This document shows positions 8,084 to 17,297 of a stretch of 22,424 nucleotides of DNA, piece after piece. Numbering within the stretch: position 1 is the first letter of the stretch; the number at the start of each line of letters is the position of its first letter. The position numbers were made by a program, and so were the translations under genes. This stretch comes from Verrucomicrobiota bacterium (lineage in GTDB: Bacteria > Verrucomicrobiota > Verrucomicrobiia > Verrucomicrobiales > DEV007): contig JAJRVS010000007.1 of the NCBI GenBank assembly GCA_024277195.1, positions 1 through 22,424 of the forward strand, given 5' to 3'. The notes under the pieces were generated by a model that saw only the letters and a program-made list of their open reading frames with translations, did not search any database and was not told the origin of the DNA.

Positions 8084-9904
8084 TTAACGCTCCAATTCCA
8101 CCTGATAGATCGCATTTCCTAGCTCTACGGTCATGCCGGATGCCAGTGGAGCCAGTTCGCCAGCTCGCAGCCCCTGACCATTCACACGCACTCTGCCAGT
8201 ACTGCTGCCAGTTCTACGATCGCCATCAGCTCCATCGGCACTGTTCTCAACCCAAAAGCAGCCACGGTAATGATGAAAAATCCCCTGTGAAGAAGCCAAA
8301 CCGGAGTCGGGCAAATAAATCGGATTATCTTCACCACTGCCGAATGCCGCCTCAGTCAGCAACCAGATGCACAGACGAAATGCAGGGCTCGATTCCACCG
8401 GACGAAAAACCACACAGCCCGTGACCGGTTTCAACTCCGGCTGGGGCCCCTGCCAAAGCTGATGATTCTCCGCCTCTGGTGCCTGACTACCAGCAGCACC
8501 ATGGTGCTGCAAATCGATGAGATAATCTTCCCCCGGCACCGCATTCAGGGAAAGCCTGCCCTGATTCTCAAATCGAGCACCAGGCTCTCTTTCATTCAGT
8601 TCATCAGAGTTGAGCTTAGCCCCATTGGTATCCGGCCGAGTGCGGAAATAGAGCCCATCTTTACCCGCACTTGCTACCACATGCACCTTGCTGATACTAC
8701 GAGTGCATTGGTCTCGCTCCTCTGAACGTGGTAAAAACCAGGTCACCAGATCACAACAATCACGCTGACGACCAATAGCTACCTCCTCACGCGCTGTCAG
8801 ACGAAGTGGCAAGCCCTCATCGCCTCCTCCCTGGGGAAGCAGAGTCAGACAAGCTGCTGGCTCCACTGTTGTTAGAAAAGCAGAGCAGATGCGGCGGGCA
8901 CCCGTCGGCTCATCGGAAATCTGACTCAACTCCACTGTAAAATAATTATCTGGCAGCTTAGCTTCAAGCAGATCGTTGATCGTTTTTATTTTACTTAAAG
9001 CAGCTAAACCACTAAAATCCATATCCGCTTTGTGCTCAGCTCCGAGCCCCGCATTGCCCCCATCCCCCGCTACCACTTGATTACCGAAATTTTCTAAATT
9101 AATATTCGGCTTGGATTCATCAGGTTTGGTCAAAATAGTAAGCCTGACTTCTCCCTCGAAGACCCGGTGCCTACCCAACTGGGTAAAACTGACCTGAAAG
9201 TTAAACAGGCGCGTCCCCCTGGAGTTTTCAGAAAACTCAAATTCACACAGTTTTTTCACTGGCCGACCGTGCTCGAACTGAGCAAAGTTTTTCTTAATCG
9301 GATAAGTAAGCACCCGAGCACAATTGATCTCAAATTTCACATCAAGCAAAGGCTCCTGAGTGAGTGCCTTCATGCTCACCTCGAGCACCGTCGCCGTGTC
9401 CTCCACCAGCACCCGGTTCACATTCAAATTCAACTCGACAAACTGCCGCAGGCCGATGGTGATTGGCTCCACCTCCTCTTGTAGCTCCTCCTTCGCTGCA
9501 TCCATCAGCCCTAATGCCTGGCGCTCTATCGGCACCGCATCAAGCCGGGAAAGCGTCGCCGAACCACTAGAGCTCGCAGCTTGGACTTGGGCTCCCATAG
9601 ATATCAGTTTTTCCACAGGCGCGGACAAGGATTCCCCACCACTCACCTTAGTCCCCTCTTGCGGCGTCGGTATAGTCGGTGCATCCCGCTGCTTCTGCAC
9701 TACAGGCGCAGGCGTAGGCGCATCCATTGGCAACGTTTGTGCATCCATATCGCAGACCGTTTGCGCATCATCTGTATCGATCCTCCCCCCAGCTGCCTCG
9801 GGCGCTGTCGTTTCCATGCCAGGCTTAGGCAGCGGCAGCTGGCACTTACTACAAAAATTCACCCGAGGATGGTAATTCTGCAGGCATTTTGGGCAAATAA
9901 TCAT
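8084..9904 (-). CDS. N-terminal zinc-ribbon protein with two FHA-like domains (phosphothreonine-binding)
   Basis: The likely start is 'MIICPKCLQNYHPRVNFCSKCQ', a CxxC...CxxC ribbon. An internal FHA-like segment is 'VAIGRQRDCCDLV...ISKVHVVASAGKDGLYFRTRPDTNGAKLN'. The C-terminal FHA is 'GSSTGRVRVNGQGLRAGELAPLASGMTVELGNAIYQVE'. Confidence 0.65.
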   Translation of the reverse strand: MIICPKCLQNYHPRVNFCSKCQLPLPKPGMETTAPEAAGGRIDTDDAQTVCDMDAQTLPMDAPTPAPVVQKQRDAPTIPTPQEGTKVSGGESLSAPVEKLISMGAQVQAASSSGSATLSRLDAVPIERQALGLMDAAKEELQEEVEPITIGLRQFVELNLNVNRVLVEDTATVLEVSMKALTQEPLLDVKFEINCARVLTYPIKKNFAQFEHGRPVKKLCEFEFSENSRGTRLFNFQVSFTQLGRHRVFEGEVRLTILTKPDESKPNINLENFGNQVVAGDGGNAGLGAEHKADMDFSGLAALSKIKTINDLLEAKLPDNYFTVELSQISDEPTGARRICSAFLTTVEPAACLTLLPQGGGDEGLPLRLTAREEVAIGRQRDCCDLVTWFLPRSEERDQCTRSISKVHVVASAGKDGLYFRTRPDTNGAKLNSDELNEREPGARFENQGRLSLNAVPGEDYLIDLQHHGAAGSQAPEAENHQLWQGPQPELKPVTGCVVFRPVESSPAFRLCIWLLTEAAFGSGEDNPIYLPDSGLASSQGIFHHYRGCFWVENSADGADGDRRTGSSTGRVRVNGQGLRAGELAPLASGMTVELGNAIYQVELER

Positions 9905-9979
9905 GATTAAAAAAGGTATACTCTGAAAACATTTTAACATCGCTATTGTGATCTATCAATGCTCCGATTCTTCGCAAGG

Positions 9980-11491
9980 TCACTCCTCCTTGAATTTCGC
10001 TTTGAGCGCATCCGCCACGGCTGGACCAAAATCCTCTGGCGACTGCTCGGCGACGAAGGCCATCGACTGCTCAGGCGTCATGCCCTCCCGCATTTTCATT
10101 TCCGTAAGCTTCATCAAGCGCTCAGCCTGCTCACCACTGAGTGTCGCCAACAGCGCCTGCATATCAGCGCCTCCACGTATTTCCAGCAATTGCTTTTCCA
10201 CATCAATCTTAAGCTGCTCATCAAGAGCCGCGGCTTCGTTTTTGGCCTGTTTCACCAGCTTCAACGCTTCAACGCCCTGCTTCGCCACCTCCAGATCGGA
10301 AGCCGCCTGATCTTGCTCCTGCTCGCGCTGATGAGCACCACGTTCCCCCCCCTCCTCCAACTCTGCGCCCAGGCTCTTTTTACGCTCTTCCCGATTAGCT
10401 TCAGCGCGGATCCTTTTTTCCTCAAGCTCATAACCCACTTCCTCGATGCGGATAGCCCAATCCAACTGCATACCCGTGCGTCGCAGCTCTTTCTCCGCAC
10501 TCTGGAGAAACGCCTTTTTCTGCTGCGCACGATCACTGCTCTTCAATCCTAGTTCGTGAGTCAGCTTCTCGAAGTGCTCGTTCAAATCATGCTCGTCGCG
10601 GAACAAATCCACCTTCTCCTTCCGTAGCGCATCGCTCAAACGACTGTCGAGTTCACGCTCCAAAGTTTTTTCCCGAAACTCTGCCATCTTCCCTCGCAGC
10701 GTATCCACCACCTCACCGCTCATATCAGCAAGCCGAACCCCGTCACACTTCAGTCCCGCTCCAGTAAAAGCTTTGCTCAGCTTTGCCATCACCGCTTGTT
10801 CGATCAGCTCCCGGATATCACCCGTGTCGAGCAATTCCTGCATCGTCTTTCCACCGATCCGCTCCTGCACCGCAATACGCACCTCACCGTGAAATTCATC
10901 AGACAAATCCTGTTGGGTGAAAGTCGACTGCCCAGTCAAAAAACGATCAGTGAACAATTTCGGATCGGTCACTTGAAAGAGAGTGCGCGCCCGCACGTCC
11001 ACTGGCACCCCATCCTTTGTATTTATCTTATCGAGATAGAAATCAATCTCCGCGCTGCGTATATCCAACAAGATAGCATGGCTAGCTCCTCCTCCTTCTA
11101 CTTTCAGGAAGCGCTTGATGAAATTGTCGAACTGAGTGTACCCCGGGTCCAGAGCTCCTTGGTATTCACCGTTCTGGAAGATCAACGCCAAGGTGCCCTC
11201 GTCCACCTGCAAACCGTGATGAAAAGTCTTGTCAGGAATCACCAGATCCACTCGAACCGCAAAATCACCCGGAGATCGCTGCCAGCGATCATAATAAATT
11301 CGCCGCCGAGCTTCGAGATCCTGTTTATCGCCGCACTTCCAGCAAAACTCAGAATCAGATCCCACGGAAGCCCCGCAACGGTTACAAGAAGCCCAAGAGT
11401 TTGCACTCGGACATCCACAATCATTACAAAAATCGGCGTTCTTGGAGACAGCCTTGGCGCAGTTCGGACAGCGTTCGTTAAAAAATCCCAT
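9980..11491 (-). CDS. N-terminal double zinc-ribbon + SPFH/band-7 domain protein with an acidic coiled-coil C-terminus
   Basis: 503 aa. The N-terminus is 'CPNCAKAVSKNADFCNDCG...CNRCGASVGSDSEFCWKCG'. An SPFH-like core follows ('LALIFQNGEYQGALDPGYTQ...ILLDIRSAEIDFYL...VRARTLFQVTDPKLF'), then a long Glu/Lys-rich coiled coil. Confidence 0.7.
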   Translation of the reverse strand: MGFFNERCPNCAKAVSKNADFCNDCGCPSANSWASCNRCGASVGSDSEFCWKCGDKQDLEARRRIYYDRWQRSPGDFAVRVDLVIPDKTFHHGLQVDEGTLALIFQNGEYQGALDPGYTQFDNFIKRFLKVEGGGASHAILLDIRSAEIDFYLDKINTKDGVPVDVRARTLFQVTDPKLFTDRFLTGQSTFTQQDLSDEFHGEVRIAVQERIGGKTMQELLDTGDIRELIEQAVMAKLSKAFTGAGLKCDGVRLADMSGEVVDTLRGKMAEFREKTLERELDSRLSDALRKEKVDLFRDEHDLNEHFEKLTHELGLKSSDRAQQKKAFLQSAEKELRRTGMQLDWAIRIEEVGYELEEKRIRAEANREERKKSLGAELEEGGERGAHQREQEQDQAASDLEVAKQGVEALKLVKQAKNEAAALDEQLKIDVEKQLLEIRGGADMQALLATLSGEQAERLMKLTEMKMREGMTPEQSMAFVAEQSPEDFGPAVADALKAKFKEE

Positions 11492-11712
11492 AATCTTGGC
11501 GTAGTTAGTAGTTATATAAATCGTTTCAAAGAGTAATTAGGCAATATCCGTGCCAACTTAATCTTTACCATGAAATTTTTCCTAAAAATCCCATTGCCTC
11601 GTGATACTTACATAAAACCATTTAGAAGAGTAGCAAAAAAGAACGCTTTCATACCATTTGAACAGTTAGATTGCCGCAATCTGATACTACAGACTCCCTT
11701 GCATAATTTTGC

Positions 11713-14529
11713 TCATTTTTTCAGACCTCCACAATGCAGCATCTTCCTTCCCAAATATGGATTAAACGGCTTCTCACTGCTGGTCTGCAACCAATCCCCG
11801 CCCCCACCCTTCACCAGCGGGCAATGCAGCACGTAATAACCTTCACGTCCCTGCGCAATCCCAATCACCTGTTTGCTCAGCATTTCAAATTCCTTGCGAA
11901 ACTCTTTGAGCGTTTTTGCAGTGGTTAGAGAGTCGAATTCACTACTCAATAAACGACGACCCTTACCTTCAAGTAATAATGCCGCGTGGCGTTTTGCACT
12001 TGCCAAGTCATCCTTGCTCAAAGCCGTCGCCATATTTATATAAGCTCGCAACATTTGATCGACCTCTGGGACCCCGTCCCTATTGACATATCCAGAGTCA
12101 TTAACGACGACACGGAAACCAAAATTGTCATCCCTCCGCGTTGCAATATTGCTCATCCTTGTCGATAAAAAATAATTATACTCTTCAGCATGCGCCCAGG
12201 ATCCACCACGCATTACGTACCCCTCAGGTTCCATGTGAACACATCCCTGTTTTTTGCAATATTCAAGCGCATAACTACCTTGCATCTCCTTACGAAACCA
12301 GTCTTCACACCACTCCGACACGTTGCCGCCCAGATCATAAAAACCGAAACGATTCACTCTATAACTACCCACCGAAGCTGTCCGTGGATGCCTATCGGCG
12401 TATCCTCCTTCAATTACAGACCAATTGGCTGAAGTAATATTAACCTCTTTACCTTTAAAGTTGCCCTCATCTCCCCTGCTCGGCGGCCATTCATTCCCCC
12501 ATGGATATTTATCAATAGACCCCACCGCAGCACTCCACTCCCCATCACTCGGCAGACGATAGGTATAACCGGGATTCTGCTGCGTCAGCCACTTGCAAAA
12601 TGCTTGTGCTTCATTCCAGCTCACGCACACCACTGGGTGATCCTCGCCCTGCTCAAATCCCGGCCTCTCCCACGAGGCATCCTTGTCCAGCTCCCAAGGC
12701 GTTAAATATTCTCCTTTTTCATTCTTCTTCACTTTCAACACATACGCCCCGCCGCTCTGCACATAATCCGTCGCCTCCACATACGCCCGGAAATCCCGCA
12801 CCCTTGTCTCCGTCCGGCACATCAACACGCCCGGCTTCCCCGGCACCGGCACAAACTCCATCCCCAGTGAATTCATATAAGGGTTCTCCTTCGTCGCCAC
12901 GCCCAGACGCTCACTCGCCAGTTGCTTAGCGGTCTTCGGCAGTCGCTTCATCACCACTCTCACAGCCGCATTGTTTCCCGCTTTCAGCATCGCTCTGTAC
13001 TCGATCTTCTCATATCCCGCCAGACTCAGTTCCCACTTCATCTCGCCAGGCTGCATTCCTTGTAATCCCGTCAACGGTGTCACTCCCAGCACCTTGCCGT
13101 CCCCGACTTCCCTCACCTCCGCTCCCAGCGGTTCGCTCAATAGCTCCACTTCAACCGGCTCAAAAGTAAAAGTCACCCGCGCATTCTCCTCCCCTCCCTT
13201 CAGTTCCACCTCACGTTGTTGTGACGGCCAACTCTCATACTCCGCCACCACCAAATGATTGCCTGGCAACGCTTTATACCTCAACAAACCATCCCCGCCA
13301 GTCGTCCCGACCTCCACTCCGTCCACTCGAATTTTCGCTCCTCCGGGTTCAGTGCCGATTTCCAGCAGCACCGGCGTATTCATCAAGGCCACCTGCCTCG
13401 CCTCTGCTTTTGCCAACTCATCCGCTGCTCGCTTAGCCTCCAGATCCGCCAACGCCACCGCCGCTCGTTTCGGTGCCTCCACTCCATACCACCACCCAGC
13501 CGCCACTCCTGCCGCCAGAACCATCACTGCAGCCATCGTCACCCACTTCTTTCCAGCAGCACTCTTTTCCACTGCCGGTTTCTGGCATTTTTTCACCAAC
13601 GCTTTTTTCTTTCGCCCCTGCACCGCGCCTCCAGACAACTCCGCCCACAACGCCGCCGCACTCTCCGGGCGCTCTTGCGGGTCTTTCGCTAGGCAGGACG
13701 CCACCGCATCTTCCCACAGCAGCGGAATCTTTCCTGCATCTTCAATATCCAACTGCTTGCGCCGCTCCTCCATGCTCGGCGCTTCCAGAGTCTCGATCTG
13801 ATGCTGCACATTGCCCCGGTAAAACGGTGGCCTACCCGTCAACAATTCATAAATTGTCGCTCCCAGCGCATAGACATCATCCGTCGCCGTCGGCGGGTAT
13901 CCCATCGCCTGCTGAGGACTCATATACACCAGCGTGCCACTGGTCGGCGCCCCGGCTGCGGTCAGACGGCTCATCGAATCGGTCAAACTGCCGGCGATTC
14001 CAAAGTCCAACACCCTTAGTTTTCCCTCACCGTCGATCATCAAGTTGGCAGGCTTCAGATCCCGGTGCACCACCTTACGCCCATGCGCGTATTCCAATCC
14101 CTCGCAAGCCTGCCCAATCCACTCGTTGATTTCCCCTACCTCGAACACTTCCTTGTCTTGTTTCAGACGCCTCGCTGTCAACGTATCCCCAGCGACATAC
14201 TCCATCGAAATCGCCGCTGAAGTCCCATCCTCCACCCAGTCGTAAATCCGCACAATGCTCGGATGCGTCAGATTCAGACATTGCATCGTCTCTTTTTTCA
14301 AATCGTTGATCGCTACCGGATCCCCCTGCACCACCTCCGGCAAGAACTTCAGTGCCACCTTGCGCCCCTCAAGCTTTTCATCCTGCCCCAACCACACCAC
14401 TCCCATGCCCCCACGACCCAGCTGGCGGATCAGCGAATAGCGCCCGAACCCCTTCCGCCCAGGCTGCAAACCTTTCAGCGTCGGACCAAAATCAAGGTCA
14501 TCTTCGTTCTGACTGGGATCAGTATTCAT
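11713..14529 (-). CDS. Ser/Thr kinase - TM - PEGA - non-catalytic FGE-sulfatase domain - C-terminal Cys/His-motif (DUF3347-like) domain fusion protein
   Basis: 938 aa. A full kinase motif set is present ('GRGGMGVVW', 'HRDLKPANLM', 'DFGIAG'). The TM helix is 'WVTMAAVMVLAAGVAAGWWYG'. PEGA is 'GTEPGGAKIRVDG' and 'SEPLGAEVREVGDGKV'. The FGE domain runs 'MEFVPVPGKPGVLMCRTETRVRDF...HPVVCVSWNEAQAFCKWL...RGGSW...FGFRVVV'. The C-terminus is 'YVLHCPLVKGGGGDWLQ...NPYLGRKMLHCGG'. Confidence 0.9.
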   Translation of the reverse strand: MNTDPSQNEDDLDFGPTLKGLQPGRKGFGRYSLIRQLGRGGMGVVWLGQDEKLEGRKVALKFLPEVVQGDPVAINDLKKETMQCLNLTHPSIVRIYDWVEDGTSAAISMEYVAGDTLTARRLKQDKEVFEVGEINEWIGQACEGLEYAHGRKVVHRDLKPANLMIDGEGKLRVLDFGIAGSLTDSMSRLTAAGAPTSGTLVYMSPQQAMGYPPTATDDVYALGATIYELLTGRPPFYRGNVQHQIETLEAPSMEERRKQLDIEDAGKIPLLWEDAVASCLAKDPQERPESAAALWAELSGGAVQGRKKKALVKKCQKPAVEKSAAGKKWVTMAAVMVLAAGVAAGWWYGVEAPKRAAVALADLEAKRAADELAKAEARQVALMNTPVLLEIGTEPGGAKIRVDGVEVGTTGGDGLLRYKALPGNHLVVAEYESWPSQQREVELKGGEENARVTFTFEPVEVELLSEPLGAEVREVGDGKVLGVTPLTGLQGMQPGEMKWELSLAGYEKIEYRAMLKAGNNAAVRVVMKRLPKTAKQLASERLGVATKENPYMNSLGMEFVPVPGKPGVLMCRTETRVRDFRAYVEATDYVQSGGAYVLKVKKNEKGEYLTPWELDKDASWERPGFEQGEDHPVVCVSWNEAQAFCKWLTQQNPGYTYRLPSDGEWSAAVGSIDKYPWGNEWPPSRGDEGNFKGKEVNITSANWSVIEGGYADRHPRTASVGSYRVNRFGFYDLGGNVSEWCEDWFRKEMQGSYALEYCKKQGCVHMEPEGYVMRGGSWAHAEEYNYFLSTRMSNIATRRDDNFGFRVVVNDSGYVNRDGVPEVDQMLRAYINMATALSKDDLASAKRHAALLLEGKGRRLLSSEFDSLTTAKTLKEFRKEFEMLSKQVIGIAQGREGYYVLHCPLVKGGGGDWLQTSSEKPFNPYLGRKMLHCGGLKK

Positions 14530-14684
14530 AGGGCTAGTAGAAAAGGATACAAAGACAAAACAATATCAGACTAACGGAGATCATTTCCCCTGTAAATAGG
14601 CATTTTCCAATGAAGGGTCAGTTCCTGCCATTAAGTCATAAATAAATCTTTAAAGATTATATATACTCATGTATAATACTTTAT
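14530..14684. promoter_or_regulatory. AT-rich divergent promoter region between the kinase gene on the minus strand and hipB on the plus strand
   Basis: This 155-bp AT-rich spacer contains 'TATAAT' at about 14672-14677 and several TTG/TATA-like elements. It lies between two divergent gene starts. Confidence 0.3.
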
Positions 14685-15044
14685 ATGAAATCTTCAGTAA
14701 CAGATATCATGCCGCAGCAACTGCGCCGCTCACTCAGCAAATTTGGCAGCGACCTGTCCATAGCGCGACGCAAACGACGCTTAAGCATCGCGATGATATG
14801 CGAACGGCTTGGCGTCTCCAAGTCCACCTGGCAACGAATGGAAAAAGGCGACCCTACGGTCTCCATGGGTGCCTATATTCAAGCGCTCTTTGTCCTAGGC
14901 TTTGGCACTCCGCTAACTGAATTGATTGACCAACGCAACGATGAGCAAGGTCTATTGCTGGAAATCGAGCATCTGCCAAAACGCATCACCCAGCCACGAC
15001 AAAAAAATCATCATGAAACGAAACATTCAGGTATTTTTAGCTGA
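14685..15044 (+). CDS. hipB: XRE-family HTH transcriptional regulator, HipB-like
   Basis: 119 aa. The segment 'RRKRRLSIAMICERLGVSKSTWQRMEKGD' is an HTH_XRE motif. The gene sits directly upstream of, and overlaps by 32 nt, a HipA-N-domain ORF. Confidence 0.7.
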   Translation: MKSSVTDIMPQQLRRSLSKFGSDLSIARRKRRLSIAMICERLGVSKSTWQRMEKGDPTVSMGAYIQALFVLGFGTPLTELIDQRNDEQGLLLEIEHLPKRITQPRQKNHHETKHSGIFS

Positions 15045-15327
15045 AGAAGACACCCCACTGGGAGAACTGCGCTACGACCATCAAGGGCAGCGGGAGAACG
15101 CAGCTTTTGCCTATTCCCATACCTGGCTCGAAAACGGCGAACGGTTTTCTGTCGACCCCGCCTTGCCATTGGTGAGTGGATTCCAATTCCACGCGCGACG
15201 AAGCCAAGGCACTCTATTTCATGGAGCTATCGCCGACACCGAGCCCGATGGTTGGGGACGAAAAGTAATTCTCCGAAACCACGCGAAACTCAGAAAAACA
15301 GCAAAAGCCCAAGGCGAAAAAAAATAA
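15013..15327 (+). CDS. hipS: HipS-like protein, equivalent to the HipA N-terminal subdomain
   Basis: 105 aa. 'MKRNIQVFLAEEDTPLGELRYDHQG...FSVDPALPL...DTEPDGWGR' matches the HipA N-terminal domain. It ends in TAA inside an A8 run, and the next gene starts at the very next codon in the same frame. Confidence 0.6.
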   Translation: MKRNIQVFLAEEDTPLGELRYDHQGQRENAAFAYSHTWLENGERFSVDPALPLVSGFQFHARRSQGTLFHGAIADTEPDGWGRKVILRNHAKLRKTAKAQGEKK

Positions 15328-16272
15328 GTGGACGTCTTGGGGGAACTCGACTTCCTATTGGCAGTGGATGATGAAAGCCGTATGGGAGCTTTACGTTTTT
15401 GCGACGAAGATGGAGTCTTCCAAGCCACACACGGTGAAGGCGAACGGCGCACTCCCCCGCTGATAGAGCTCCACCAGCTTTTTTGCTCTTCCCGCGCTAT
15501 TGAAACCAATACCGAGACTGCTCAGGATCTCGCTTATTTGCAAGGGCGAGGAACCTCCCTCGGGGGTCTGCGTCCAAAATGTTCGATCCGAGATGAAGAC
15601 GGTTCTCTTGCCATTGGAAAATTCCCAAGTGTGGCAGATGAACGCGCTGTGACCAAAGCAGAAGTTCTCACCCTTACCTTAGCAAAACAGGCAGGCATTC
15701 AAGCCGCCGACGCACGCATCGTGATGAGTGAGCAAATACCGATAGCAGTGATCAAGCGCTTTGATCGAACGCCGACCGGGTTCCGCATCCCCTACCTGTC
15801 CGCCGCCACACTTTTGGGAGCAGAACGCGATGACCCCAACGATCATTCCTACACTGAAATAGTTGATGCCCTACGCATCCACGGATACGACGTTCAAGCC
15901 GATATCGAAGAACTCTATCGCCGCATCGCTTTCTCCATACTGATCAACAATGTCGATGACCATCTACACAATCACGGTTTTTTGCATGTAAGGCATGGCC
16001 AATGGCGGCTAGCACCCGCCTTTGATCTAAACCCCTTTCCCCATCGCGCCCGCGAATTAAAAACCTGGATTTCAGAGGATACAGGACCCGAAAGTTCCCT
16101 TACAGCCTTACAGTCAGTAGCCCCCTATTTCCGTATCAAAAAATCCTTGAGCGATACGATCATAGCTCAAGTAACTTCAGCCGTGCAAAACTGGCGGCAA
16201 GTAGGAGCAAAACTGAAGATGAGCAAAACAGAACTCGATGCCTTCAGCGAAGCTTTCGAGGGAAACGCATAA
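15328..16272 (+). CDS. hipT: HipT-like Ser/Thr kinase toxin, equivalent to the HipA core kinase domain; GTG start
   Basis: 314 aa. It carries 'LGGLRPKCSI' (G-x-Q/R-x-K loop), 'NNVDDHLHNHGF' (the catalytic DDHLKN motif) and 'RLAPAFDLNP' (the HipA C-terminal signature). Confidence 0.7.
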   Translation: MDVLGELDFLLAVDDESRMGALRFCDEDGVFQATHGEGERRTPPLIELHQLFCSSRAIETNTETAQDLAYLQGRGTSLGGLRPKCSIRDEDGSLAIGKFPSVADERAVTKAEVLTLTLAKQAGIQAADARIVMSEQIPIAVIKRFDRTPTGFRIPYLSAATLLGAERDDPNDHSYTEIVDALRIHGYDVQADIEELYRRIAFSILINNVDDHLHNHGFLHVRHGQWRLAPAFDLNPFPHRARELKTWISEDTGPESSLTALQSVAPYFRIKKSLSDTIIAQVTSAVQNWRQVGAKLKMSKTELDAFSEAFEGNA

Positions 16273-16289
16273 GATCTACAATGCCCCCT

Positions 16290-16336
16290 CTTCCCTTCAT
16301 CATTCATCAGTTCCTTGTTCGATATTCAATATTCCC
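16290..16336 (+). repeat. ~48-bp repeat copy between the hipT 3' end and the amidase 3' end
   Basis: 'cttcccttcatcattcatcagttccttgttcgatattcaatattccc'. Confidence 0.8.
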
Positions 16337-17189
16337 GCCCTCCCTTCACCGGAATCGCCAGAAAACGCTCAATCCCTCTCGCCACAGCCGCAACGATGCG
16401 CCGCTGAACAATCGGATCCTGAAGCTCCAATTCTTCCTGACGGTTGACAATCACCCCACATTCGACCAGCACCGCTGGCATATCAGCACTGTGCAATACA
16501 ATCAGATCCGGAAAATCATACACCCCGTATTGTGGCAGTCGAAGATCACGACCCTCCCCCTTTATCTTAGCCGCATGATGCAGGGTCGGATGAAATTTCC
16601 CAGCATCCAGAGCCGCACCAATTTCAGCAGCCAATTGAAAACTTTTCACCATCTGTTTATTCCTGGTTGAGAAAAAAACAGAATAACCGCTAAACTGGTC
16701 CGCATACTCCTGTGTCTTCCCATCCACGACCCATTTTTTCTTAAAATGATCCTGACAGGAATCGTGATGTATCGAGATGAACAGACCCGCCTTCGCCTTT
16801 TTGGCTATTTTGGTTCGCTCGCGGAGCGAGGCCACTTTGCCATCCCCGTTGATCAACACCGTCTCATACCCCAGGCCAAGCAATTTTTCATTCAACTTCC
16901 TACCGATCGCCTGATTGAAGTAAAACTCGCCGACCCCACGTGCACTGCCTGCCCCTTGCACCTTGATTGAGTGCCCTATATCAATCGCCACCTTGATATT
17001 TTTCCCAGCCCCAGACTTTGAATCGTCCGTTGATTTCGATGCAGGTGATGCGGCCTTTTTTATTGAGACTCCGCTACTGTCCCCCGAGACAATCTGAGAA
17101 CACCCGCTTTGAACAGTCCCCATAGCAATCCATACCACTGCTGGCAGAATCTTGCAGAAACCCAACATCGTTCTATGATACGCTCTCAT
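16326..17189 (-). CDS. N-acetylmuramoyl-L-alanine amidase (Amidase_3 family) lipoprotein
   Basis: 287 aa. The signal peptide plus lipobox is 'AMGTVQSGCSQ'. The Amidase_3 core is 'IKVAIDIGHSIKVQGAG...LFISIHHDS'. The last codons overlap a copy of the 48-bp repeat. Confidence 0.8.
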   Translation of the reverse strand: MRAYHRTMLGFCKILPAVVWIAMGTVQSGCSQIVSGDSSGVSIKKAASPASKSTDDSKSGAGKNIKVAIDIGHSIKVQGAGSARGVGEFYFNQAIGRKLNEKLLGLGYETVLINGDGKVASLRERTKIAKKAKAGLFISIHHDSCQDHFKKKWVVDGKTQEYADQFSGYSVFFSTRNKQMVKSFQLAAEIGAALDAGKFHPTLHHAAKIKGEGRDLRLPQYGVYDFPDLIVLHSADMPAVLVECGVIVNRQEELELQDPIVQRRIVAAVARGIERFLAIPVKGGREY

Positions 17190-17297
17190 TATTTCGTTGC
17201 TTCAAAAGCCGCCCAATCCCCTGCTGTTTTTCCCCTGTCAAAAAGCAGTCTTCCAAAAACCAGTCGCAGCCCTCATTATTCTACTATTTTTTACGGT

